A stretch of DNA of 64,000 nt. Source: Selaginella moellendorffii (lineage: Eukaryota > Plantae > Lycopodiophyta). Shown one piece after another: positions 24,545 to 35,934 of the stretch. The stretch spans positions 2,491,266-2,555,265 of the forward strand of contig NW_003314261.1 of NCBI RefSeq assembly GCF_000143415.4, read 5' to 3'. Positions within the stretch are counted from its first letter, which is position 1. The number at the start of each line of letters is the position of its first letter. Both the position numbers and the translations under genes were made by a program. Below the pieces are notes generated by a model, which saw nothing but the letters and a program-made list of their open reading frames with translations, was not told the origin of the DNA and made no database searches.

Positions 24545-25226
24545 GCTCTGCCTGTCCGCAATCCCAATTCAATCATCGAGCGCTCCAAATCAATATCAAA
24601 ATCTTACGCACTGCTGCCGAATCACAGCAGCACCGCTCCCAGGGAGCCACACCCCGCAGGCCACGAGCGGCATAGCCCAAGAACCCTAAATCTAAAAAAC
24701 GCCAGGTCACCACTGCCACGTCGGCAGAATGTTAGGTCTTTGCCGCTAAAGTTAGCTACCACTACAGTTTTAGCGAGGCTAGAAAAATGCGGGTTTCTAG
24801 ATTTGGTGGAGTAGTCAAGCCATAGTGGCCCCTGTCCATTTGATGTGCTTGTTCATTCATTGGGCTAGTCAAGGGAGACCCTTCTTCGATTTTTCTCCCC
24901 TCTTGCGGCCTTCCACCGTCGCGGCGCCCGCGGCGTGAATGGATTCCAGCTGCTTGGCGGTGCTTCGCGCCAAAGATCAGGTCAGTAGACATCGCCTGGC
25001 GCCAGCACCGACGACTCATCGATGATCGGAGCTCCGGATTACCTAGATTTTGCTGGAGGCGGCGCCGATCCGCTCGGCATTGCGATAGAATCGTCAACAC
25101 GGGCGAGAAATAGTTCTCATCTTCCCAGGAAATAGTGTCGCAGCTACAGTCCTTCTGGAGGATTCTTAGTTCCAGCTCTAGCACTAGCTCCCATGATTTG
25201 GACAGGATAGGGGAAGGGATAGGGGG

Positions 25227-27152
25227 ATGGAGCAGCAGCAGCAGGGATTGGTAGTGTGGCTGGGATTGGTGGTCGTGTTGCGGGCGGCATGGTGCCTGGA
25301 CGAATGCAACGCGACGTGTCTACAAATCCACACGAGAGCCTGCGAGTCTTGCAAGGGCGCTATAGGACCGTTCCAGGCGTTTAGAAACGAGGCCTTCCTC
25401 TTCATTGACGCTCCTGACGCTTTAAATTCTCCGACCAGCGTCGATTCTCCCAGTGGCAGGCCTTGCGCTGTCAACGATATCCTTTGCCAGGGGCCGCCAT
25501 CGACAGAGGAGAAGCACTGCTGCGCAAGCTGCGAGGGTGAGACGGTCAAGTGTAAGCTCTTTACGTTCTCGCCGTCATTCAACAAGTCCAACCAAAACAC
25601 CGTCCAAGTTTTCTTCTGGAACGAGGCGGATGGTCCGTCGACCAGGGCGGTCAGCACCACCGCTACTCCTCCACCACCGCACTCGTGTTCTTCGGCCGGT
25701 TGCAACTCAACGCTTGGATCTTGCTCGAGAAAAGCTTGCCCGCCAGGTACTTGGATACGTCGTGTTTTTTTCCTTGGTTTATAGTTTCTCTTTTGTTTGT
25801 TTGTCTGTCGTTCTTACATGCTTTTGATCATGTCCTACCAGGCTGCCGGTGTAAGAAGTCCTCCAAAAAGACCATGTTCATCATAGGTGAGCTTACATTT
25901 TGATTTAACTTTTTTTTTGTTTTTCGCGACTGAATTCCACTTTTATGAATCAGGTGGAGCATCTGGTGCCGGGCTTCTCTTCGTGCTTGTCTGCTTGATC
26001 GTCTTCGTTGCAAGGAGGAGGCATCTCTCTGCGAGAAGGCGATGCCGCAGCGACCGAGCACAGATCCTCACCGACGCAACCTGCGCCTACACTCCCATGG
26101 TGTTCACGTTCAGGGAGCTTAAAACAGCAACTAAATCCTTCGCCGAGAGCAGGCTTCTAGGAGGCGGAGGATTCAGCACGGTCTACCAGGGCAAACTCCC
26201 CGACGGTCGCATCGTAGCGGTCAAGAAACTCAACCAGGGAAACAAGCAGGGAATCCAGCAATTTCAGAACGAAGTCAACATTCTTTCACAGGTCCGGCAT
26301 CCAAACTTGGTCCAGCTTCTCGGCTACTGCCTCGAAGGCCGGGACTTACTGCTGGTCTACGAATTCGTCCTCAATGGAACTCTAGCCGACCACCTACACG
26401 GCGAGAAAGGAAACGGGCTCTCTCTCGAGACTCGGATCACAATCGCACTGGAAACCGCTCAAGCACTGGCCTACCTGCACTTCTACGTCAAGCCACCGAT
26501 CTACCACAGGGACGTGAAGACGTCCAACATTCTCCTGGACAAGGATTTCAAGGCCAAGGTGGCGGACTTTGGGCTCTCCCGGCTCACGCACCTGGACGCA
26601 ACGCACATATCCACGGCTCCCCAGGGAACTCCCGGCTACCTCGACCCGGACTACCACGAGAGCTACCAGCTGACGGACAAGAGCGACGTCTACAGCTTTG
26701 GCGTCGTCCTCCTCGAGCTCATCTCCAGGAAGAAGGCCGTGGACATGACGCGGGACAAGAAGGAGATCAACCTGGCATCCATGGCCCTCGCTCGGATCCA
26801 CTCGGGCGCGTTACACGAGCTCTTCGATCCGGACCTGAGCGTCAAGTACTGGAAGCTCTTGACGAGGCTGGTGGAGGTGGCGTTTCGGTGCTTGGCGGCG
26901 GAGAAGGACGATCGGCCAAGCATGGTGGAGGTCGTCCGGGAGCTGGAGCAGCTTAGCGGCATGACGATCAGCTCCAGCAGCTCCAAGAAATCGTCGAGAT
27001 TCAAGCTGGAGCACCAAAGTTCCGGCGAGCTCCGGAAGCAGAGGAGTGTGGCCAGCACTAACATGGAGGAGGATTCTCCCACGTCGGTGCAAGTCAAGTG
27101 GCCCAGCACTCACACATCTCCCAGTAACAGCAGATCAGAGATTTATAACTGA
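25227..27152 (+). CDS. WAK/LRK10L-type receptor-like Ser/Thr kinase
   Basis: Signal peptide, Cys-rich ectodomain, TM helix, and an RD kinase domain (IYHRDVKTSNILLD, DFGLSRL, HISTAPQGTPGYLDPDYHESYQLTDKSDVYSFG); two short introns. Confidence 0.92.
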
Positions 27153-27545
27153 TCCGAAAACTTTGGAAAAATCTTCTTTTTTTTCTCTCTTTTCTCTTCA
27201 CAAAGCCTGGGATCTGTGTTTTGTACATTATATATTTATATAATGTATATATTCCAGAGAACTTTTTTATTTGAGAGTTCTTACCTACCTAGAGAACGAA
27301 GAACCAGCAGTGGTGGTACCTGGGCCTGTGGAAACACGAGGAAAACAACACTGACTAGGATGCTTAAAATTCGAGACATTAGCTGTGATGAAATAGTGAA
27401 GCAGCTGCTCCATCCGTGGAGAATTGGAGGAGAAGTAAGCTAAGCTATGGCGTGCAATTCGTAAAGCAAGCTAAAAGTGAGTTATAAATGAAGACAAACC
27501 AAAGTGAATTCAAAAGAATTAAAATGAAAAAAAACAAATTAAAAC

Positions 27546-27720
27546 TGTGAGTGCTTGGAATATGGAAAGGGAATATAGAAATGTGCATATCAATTAGCCC
27601 AAAAGCCCTAGCTTATATATAGGAGCGAGTGGTCCAGATTGAAACTAATCCGACGGCTACCAAAATCCCATTACGCTAATATTAGTATATGGCATCATAG
27701 CCGTACACTTGGCCCTCACA
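27546..27720 (-). repeat. 3' LTR of A1 (175 bp)
   Basis: TGTGAG...CTCACA; 13 transition differences from the 5' LTR by manual count. Confidence 0.95.
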
Positions 27721-27836
27721 TCATTCCCCCCTCTCAGGATAATGGAAGACTATCAGGGTTCTCTTGTAGACGGGCCGGGATCTGGAGGAACATCAGGAGG
27801 AGGTATCGGCGGATCTGTAGATGGTATTAACTGCTC

Positions 27837-30800
27837 CTAATCCCTTTGTATGAAGCATTTCAACCGCTGCACATGCACAATCTCTAGAGGATCGGCCTGC
27901 TGGACGTCATGCCGAACCTCATAAACTTGTGGTCCAACTGGCCACAACACCCGATACGGTCCTTTCCACTGTGCAAGGAGCCCCTTAGATAAACCACGTA
28001 CCGTAAGATGGGGAAAACGGACTAACACCAAATCATCCACTTTGTACTCCGCAGGTGGACGATGACGGGAGTTGTAGTGCCGTTGTTGTCCCACTTGTAT
28101 GCGGCCTAAGTGTTTGGCAGACTCTGCTCGGACAAGTGGAAGAATGCTTGTCAAATATTGATCCCATGACTTAGCATCCGCAGCTCGTGGCAATCGCGAA
28201 GGTAAACCCAGCTCCGTTAGTAATATTGGATCATGACCATATAGGAGTTTATATGGTGAAGCACCAATAGAACTCTGCACCCCAGTGACATATGCATACC
28301 GAAGAGACGGCAAATAACCATCCCAATCCGAATGCTGAAAGTTCACATACTTCGCAATCATCCCCTTGAACGTCCGAACGAGCCGTTCCACCAGACCGTC
28401 TGATTGTGGATGATAAGCACTCATGAAAGTGTGGCGAATCCCCAACCGAGACGTCAAAACATGAAATGCCTCAGCCATAAAAGCGGGACCATTATCCGAA
28501 AGGATCCACTCTGGACAAGAATGCTGGAACACCACTCGATTGAAGAGGAAGTATCCAATAGTAGTTGTAGAGGCACTAGCAAGAGCACTAACTTCCACCC
28601 AACGAGTCAAATAGTCAGAAGCAATAATAACATACTCATTGCCAGCAGTTGACCGTGGAAAAGGTCCCATAAGATCAAACGCCACCAATTCAAACGGATG
28701 GGAAATTGCAATTGACTCCAATCGTCCTTCCGCAGTCCGAGGGGGAGTATTACGAGCTTGGCACCAAACGCAGCTACGCACATACCGGATAATATCACGT
28801 CACATCTCCGGCCAATAGAAAGACTTGCATAACTTCTCAATTACACGATGATGTCCCATATGCCCACCTAGAACAGGAGAATCATGGTAGGCATGGAGAA
28901 ACTGCGGAATAAAGATAGAAGGCACCACTAGCAGTAAATGATCATCAGGATCTGTCCCCACAAAATAAAGAAGGCCACCTTCAAGACGATATTGAGAATG
29001 TAAATGCCGGAAAGGCAAGTCATCAGCAAGTGATGCAGGATTCTTAAACCCATCTTGAAGCCTTCGAATCCATGGCTCAATCTTTTGAGCCTCGCGAACC
29101 TCATCAAGTGAAGGTAGATCTTCCTCTGCACCTTGTGGACACTGAACGTCAAGTATAGCAACCGCTGACGGCACAGAATCCTCATCTAGAAAATCCACAG
29201 ATGCTGGAATGACAGGCTCGTCAGAAACATGAGAAGAGAATGAAGAAGGAAGAGGAGCTCGAGAAAGGGCATCAGCATCAGCCATAAAACTCCCTGGGCA
29301 GTGAACAACATCAAAATCATATATCTGAAGCTTCAAAGCCCACCGAGCAGTACGACCAACCAGGTTCTTTCGCTTTAATAACGAAGTAACAGCAGCATGG
29401 TCACTTTCAAGTAACGTCCGAGAACCATGTAGATATGCATGAAGTTTCTCGAAACCCCAAACTGCTGCTAAACACTCCTTCTCTGTCGTGGAGTAGTTCA
29501 TCTCCGCTGGTTGTAATGTACGGCTTATATATGCAATGGGACGGTGCTGACCAGGCACACTCAAGCTCTCTTGCATTAACACACCTCCAAGACCAATGTC
29601 AGAAGCATCCACGCACAAAATAAAAGGTCGAGTGTAGTCAGGATATGCCAAAACCAGAGGAGTTGTCAATAACTTTTTGAGATCCCCAAACGCCCGATCA
29701 CAATCCGGAGACTAGATGAAAGATGATGTTGATGACTTCAGCAACGCTCGCAATGGTGCAGTGCGATCAGAAAGATGATCCACAAAACGCCCGAGATACT
29801 GCACCTTGCCCAAAAAACGCTGCACATCATTCACACACTTCGGAGTAGGGAACTTTAGAACAGCCACAAGTTTGTCAGGATCAACTTGCAAACCCTCACA
29901 AGAAATACGGTACCCAAGATAAGTTGTGTCCTTGGATCCAAACATGCACTTCGACTGCTTCAGCTTTAAACCAACGTCGTGTAGCCGATCCAACACTTTA
30001 CAAACATCATGAACGTGCTCCTCCTACATCCCCTCCGAGTGGATCAAGACATCATCAATGAAGTCAGCAGTCACCTCCGGCATATCGCAAAGAACCTCGT
30101 CCATCATCCGTTGAAAAGTTGCTGGAGCATTGTTCAAACCAAATGGCATCATTAAGAACTCATACAAACCAAATGGTGTACGAAAAGCAGTCTTAGGAAT
30201 ATCTTCTTCGGCCATCGGTACTTGCCAGTACCCAGAAGCAAGATCTAGCTTGGTGAACCAACAACTTCACCCCAGACGATCCAAGAGATCAGCAGTGTGA
30301 GGAAGAGGGTACACATCCGGGATCGTTACGTTGTTTAACGGACGATAGTCGATGCAGAAACGAATACTCCCATCAGGCTTCGTCACAAGATGAGGTTCAC
30401 ATGCCTAAGGACTTCGCGACTTCCGAATAACACCCTTCTCCAACATCTCCTGGACATTTGCACGTAAAATCTTGATCTCCTTTGGTGACCGATGACGAAC
30501 AAGAACCTTGATTGGACGAGCATCCCCAGTTGGAATTGGATGACGTGTAGCAATCTTGGCTCCAGACGATAGGTCAAAGTCAAAGAGATCAGAATACTCC
30601 TTCATGAGCCGGTCAACTGCTGCAACACAAAGATCGTCGGAGGGATCGGAAAAGGGAAGAGCAGAACATGATGGAAACACAGGAGGAAATAATGGGGGAA
30701 CAAAAGTAATGGAAGTAGAGGTAAAAGTAGAGGGACGAAGAGGTACAGATGTGAGAGGAATGGAGGAAATATAAGGAAGTATGAGACAAGGGGGAGAAGC

Positions 30801-31241
30801 CTCAAAGTCACACTTGGAATGAGTGCGCTGCAACCAATCCATACCAAGAATGAAGTCAAAAGCTTGACTTGGCACCACCCGCAACGACTGCAACTCAAGC
30901 TCGAGATCGCCCACATGCACAACCAGGTCTGCCTCATCCCGTGCACATGCATGTGTACGGCCGTTGCCATAAAGAATGAAAATTGGTTCCACCGCACGAC
31001 ACAAGTGTAGATGACAACGTGTGGCAATAGGTCGAGCAATAAAAGATAAACTCGAACCTGTATCAACCAACACTGAGAGAATAATATGAGACCTCTTGTT
31101 ATAAAGATGAGCTTGAAAAGTAAACACTGGATGAACTGGTGCCGAGTGAACCCCTTGATGATACTCCCGAAAGAAAGATGAAGGGGTCACTAACTTATTC
31201 ACGCAAGGTCCTTCCATTACCCGTGCGACTCCTCGTTTCCC
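27837..31241 (-). pseudogene. pol of A1 (protease, RT, RNase H, integrase), interrupted by stops
   Basis: ORF pieces 30405-31352, 30024-30215, 29712-29996, 28800-29669 and 27837-28781 lie in one frame, separated by nonsense codons. Confidence 0.93.
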
Positions 31242-32149
31242 GGATTCATCTCGGTGTCCAAACCTTCCACTGCAGCAGCACCAACGGGACATTGTTGATG
31301 CCAAGGTCTCCACCCAGGAAATGGAGGTCGCCAATCTAGAAAGCGCCGACAACGCCGATAAGTATGACCAACTTCATCACACGCCCAGCAACGAACATCA
31401 CGGCCACGACCACGTCCTCGTCCTTGTCCTTGGACTCGAGTAGCAGCAGCATCAACCTCCATGGGAACAGGACCATCACTCATAGAAAGTGGAGTGGAAG
31501 GACGTGCAGCAAGAAGTGGAAGAGGCGACGTCTCACAATGTTGTGCCAAGCGAAGAGCATCGTCAAGGGTGGCAGGAGCAAGTGCATGCATAAGGCCGAC
31601 AAGATCTTGACGAAGTGCTGGCTACAACATTCCTAGCTTGATCCGCTCCGACATATTGGGCTCCGCACGAAGCAAAAGACTTCGGAAACGAATGCCAAAT
31701 TGCATTACCGACTCAAATGACCCTTGGCGAAGACGATGCAATTGTTGGAAGGCATCGTCACAATCGTCGGCATGTCCGAAGGCGCGTTTGAAGACGTCCG
31801 GAAGATCACTCCAATCCTCACGAGTGGCCGCACTCAATCCATTGTACCACTGCAATGCCGTCCCTTGGAGACACGTGGGAAACTCATGTAAACGTCAATC
31901 ATCATCCCAAGAATGATATATGGCAATCACCGTGAAGTGATCGAACTAATGGTACACATCATCCCCGGGATTCCTACGAAAGAACTTTGGCCAAACGTGA
32001 GGATTGGCACCAAGAGCAGGAGGAGTTGGACCACGTGCCGTGAATGCCACCATCAATTGAGTTTGATTGTTCAATTGCAAGTGCATAGCATCAAGCAATT
32101 GGACCAACTGCTGCTCGAGAGTCAAAGGAGGAGATTGCTGATCTGCCAT
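31217..32149 (-). pseudogene. gag of A1
   Basis: MADQQSPP...; retrotransposon gag core (LQWYNGL...W..L...FKRAF); PVPMEVD; zinc knuckle CWACDEVGHTYRRC; internal stops. Confidence 0.9.
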
Positions 32150-32382
32150 GGAGACGAATGAAAAAGAAAGAGCAAAAGAAGAGAAATGACAAAAAGCTAG
32201 AAGGAAATGGTAGATCTAGACAATGCAAAAAGCTAGATCTAAACCAAAATCCTGAAAGGAAAGAACAAAAAGAAGGAAATGGAAAAAACTAGATCTAGAC
32301 AATGCAAAAGCTAGATCTAAACCAAAATCCTAAATCCAAGCACTTTTCAGGGACAATCAAAGGTGCCCCTCACCTCCACCAA

Positions 32383-32557
32383 TGTGAGTGCTTGGAATAT
32401 GGAAAGGGAATACAGAAATGTGCATATCAATTAACCCAAAAACCCTAGTTTATATACAGGAGTGAGTGGTCTAGATTGAAACTAATCCGACGGCTACCAA
32501 AATCCCACTACGCTAATATTAGTATACAGCATCGTAGTTGTACACTTGGCCCTCACA
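32383..32557 (-). repeat. 5' LTR of A1
   Basis: Direct repeat of 27546-27720, adjacent to the PBS TGGTGGAGGTGAGGGG. Confidence 0.95.
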
Positions 32558-32627
32558 AAACGAATTAAAATAAAAACAAAACAAATTAAAACACATCATG
32601 ATTACTTTGAGCAGTGTTTTAAGGTTC

Positions 32628-32801
32628 TGTGAGTGAATGGAATATGGAAAAGGAATATAGAAATGTGCATCTCAATTAGCCCAAAAACCCTAGCTTATAT
32701 ACAGGAGCAAGTGGTCCGGATTGAAACCAATCCGACGGCTACCAAAATCCACTACACTAATATTAGTATACGGCATCGTAGCCGTACACTTGGCCCTCAC
32801 A
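32628..32801 (-). repeat. 3' LTR of A2 (174 bp)
   Basis: TG..CA termini, PPT adjacent; shares diagnostic variants with the split 5' LTR. Confidence 0.95.
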
Positions 32802-32833
32802 TCATCCCCTCCTCTCGGAATAATGGAAGGCAG

Positions 32834-35460
32834 TCAGGGTTCTCTTGTAGATGGGCCGGGATCTAGTGGAACGTCAGGAGGAGGCATCGGGGGATCTGTA
32901 GACGGTATTAACTGCTCCTGATCCCTTTGTATGAAGCGTTTTAACCGCTGCACATGCACAATCTCCGGAGGATCGGCCTGCTGAACGTCATGCCGAACCT
33001 CATAAACTTGTGGTCCAACTTGCCGCAAGACCCGATACGGTCCTTTCCACTGCGCAAGGAGCCCCTTAGATAAACCACATACCGTAAGATGGGGAAAACG
33101 GACTAACACCAAATCATCCACTTTGTACTCCGCAGGTGGACGATGATGGGAATTGTAGCGCCGTTGTTGTCCCACTTGTACACGGCCTAAGTGTTCAGCA
33201 GACTCTACTCGGACAAGTGGAAGAATGCTTGTCAAATATTGATCCCATGACCTAGCATCAGGAGCTCGTGGCAATCGCGAAGGTAAACCCAGCTCTGTTG
33301 GTAATATTGGATCATGACCATATAGAAGTTTATATGGTGAAGCACCAACAGAACTCTGCACCTCTGTGATATAGGCATACCGAAGAGACGGCAAATAACC
33401 ATCCCAATCTGAATGTTGAAAGTTCACATACTTCGCAATCATCCCTTTGAATGTCCGAACGAGCCGTTCCACCAGATCGTCTGATTGTGGATGATAAGCA
33501 CTCGTAAAAGTGTGGCGTATCCCCAACCGAGATGTCAAAACATGAAATACCTCAGCCATAAATGCAGGACCATTATCTGAAAGAATCCGCTCTGGACAAG
33601 AATGCTGGAACACCACTCGATTGAGGAGGAAGTATCCAACAGCAGTGGCAGAGGCACTAGCAAGAGCACCAACTTCCACCCAACGAGTCAAGTAGTCAGA
33701 AGCAATAATAACATATTCATTGCCAGCAGTCGATCGTGGAAAAGGTCCCATAAGATCAAACGCCACCAACTCAAACGGACGAGAAACTGCAATTGACTCC
33801 AACCGTCCTTCTGCAGCACAAGGGGGAGTATTACGAGCTTGGCACCAAACGCAACTACGCACATACCAGATAATATCACGTCGCATCTCTGGCCAATAGA
33901 AAGATCTGCGCAGCTTCTTGGTGACACGACGGTGCCCCATATGCCCACCTAGAATAGGAGAATCATGGTAGGCATGGAGAAACCGCGGAATAAACACCGA
34001 AGGTACCACCAGCCGTAAATGATCAGCAGGATCCGTCCCCACAAAATAAAGAAGGCCATCTTCAAGGCGATATTGAGAATGTAAATGCCGAAAAGGCAAG
34101 TCATCAGCAAGTGATGCAGGATTCTCAAACCCATCTCGAAGCCTTCGAATCCACGGCTCAATCTTTTGAGCCTTGCGAACCTCATCAAGTGAAGGTAGAT
34201 CTTGCTCTACGCCCTGTGGACACTAAACGTCAAGGATAGCAACCGCCGACGGCACAGCATCCTCATCTAGAAAATCCACAGATGCTGGAACAACAGGTTC
34301 GTCAGAAACATGAGAAGTGAGTGGAGAAGGAAGAGGAGCTCGAGAAAGGGCATCAGCATCAGCCATAGAACTCCCTGGGCGATGAACAACATCGAAATCA
34401 TATATCTGAAGCTTCAAAGCCCATCGAGTCATACGACCAACCAGGTTCTTCCGCTTCAATAATAAAGTAACAGCAACATGGTCACCTTCAAGTAACGTCC
34501 GAGAACCATGTAGATATGCATGAAGTTTCTCGAAACCCCAGACTGCTGCTAAACACTCCTTCTCCGTCGTGGAGTAGTTCATCTCCACTGGTTGCAATGT
34601 ACGGCTTATGTATGCAATGGGATGGCGCTGACCAGGCACACTCGAGCTCTCTTGCATCAACACACCTCCAAGACCAATGTCAGAAGCATCCACGCACAAA
34701 ATAAAAGGTCGAGTGTAGTCAGGATATGCCAAAACCGGAGGAGTCGTCAATAGCTCTTTGAGATTCACGAACGCTTGCTCACAATCCGGAGACCAGATGA
34801 AAGATGACGTGGATGGCTTCAGCAACGCTCGCAATGGTGTAGTGCGATCGGAAAGATGATCCACAAAACGACCAAGATACTACACCTTACCCAAAAAACG
34901 CTGCACATCATTCACACACTTCGGAGTAGGGAACTTTAGAACAGCCACAAGTTTGTCAGGATCAACTTGCAAACCCTCACGAGAAATACGGTACCCAAGA
35001 TAAGTTGTGTCCTTGGACCCAAACACGCACTTCAATCGCTTCAGCTTTAAACCAACGTCGCGTAGCCGATCCAACACTTTACAAACATCACGAACATGCT
35101 CCTCCCATGTCCCCTCCGAGTGGATCAAGACATCATCAATGAAGTCAGCCGTCACCTCCGGCATATCGCAAAGAACCTCGTCCATCATCCGCTGAAAAGT
35201 TGCTGGAGCACTGTTCAAACCAAACGGTATCACCAAAAACTCGTACAAACCAAATGGTGTACGAAAAGCAGTATTAGGAATATCTTCTTCGGCCATCAGT
35301 ACTTGCCAATACCCAGAAGCAAGATCTAGCTTGGTGAACCAACGACTTCGCCCCAGACGATCCAAGAGATCAGCAGTGTGAGGAAGCGGGTACACGTCCG
35401 GGATCGTCACTTCATTTAACGGACGATAGTCAATGCAGAAACGAATACTCCCATCAGGCT
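32834..35460 (-). pseudogene. RT-RNase H-integrase part of A2 pol
   Basis: ORFs 34880-35410, 34223-34864 and 32834-34099, separated by TAG stops. Confidence 0.93.
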
Positions 35461-35754
35461 TGTCTCAACCAAAAACAAGGTTCAGGGGACTCCGACTTTG
35501 AACCCAAGGCTGCATCGGAGCCATAGATTAAATCATGCACAGCATATGGTATATGCTAGCAATTAGAACCGCTAGCATTTCAAAAGGGGGAATCCAAATT
35601 GTGGATCCCTATCTCCATTCCATTGTTTCTCTTATCAATACACAGCATTCTTTTACTCGTGCTTCTTCTCTGCCCTTGGAGATCGGGCCCTTTTCTCTTT
35701 TGTTTTCTTACTAACAATAGATTTCCAGTGAAGAGGAGTTTTCTCACCTCTTCA
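35461..35754 (+). repeat. 5' LTR of element B
   Basis: TGTCTC...CTTCA followed by the PBS. Confidence 0.95.
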
Positions 35755-35934
35755 TTTGGCGACCACGGCTTCTGAATTCCCCTTCAGGTTCACAAATTCT
35801 TCCATTTTTTCTCCATTCTCTGTGCGCAGATAGCAAGAACGATCCAGAAATCTACCCATCTCGCCCAAATTCGCCCAAATTACGCCCTAATTCGTACATT
35901 CGCCCAAATTCAACACGCAAATGCCACTGCCACC

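Larger units (their letters stand above)
27546..32557 (-). mobile_element. Full-length, mutationally inactivated Ty3/gypsy LTR retrotransposon, family A copy 1 (5012 bp)
   Basis: TG..CA LTRs at 27546-27720 and 32383-32557; TSD AAAC (27542-27545/32558-32561); PBS 32366-32381; PPT next to 27720. Domain order gag (CX2CX4HX4C), PR (LVDTGS), RT (FIDD), RH (DAS..), INT (GPY/F); several premature stops. Confidence 0.96.

Noticed and set aside
24762-25184. 140-aa minus-strand ORF between the ankyrin and kinase genes
   Set aside because: Non-ATG start, no motif, and it lies in a divergent promoter region.
32195-32335. Short tandem repeats (CTAGATCTAGACAATGCAAAAGCTAGATCTAAACCAAAATCC) suggestive of an array
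   Set aside because: Part of the family A 5' UTR, also present at about 39480-39610. There is no repeat-spacer structure, so it is not CRISPR-like.
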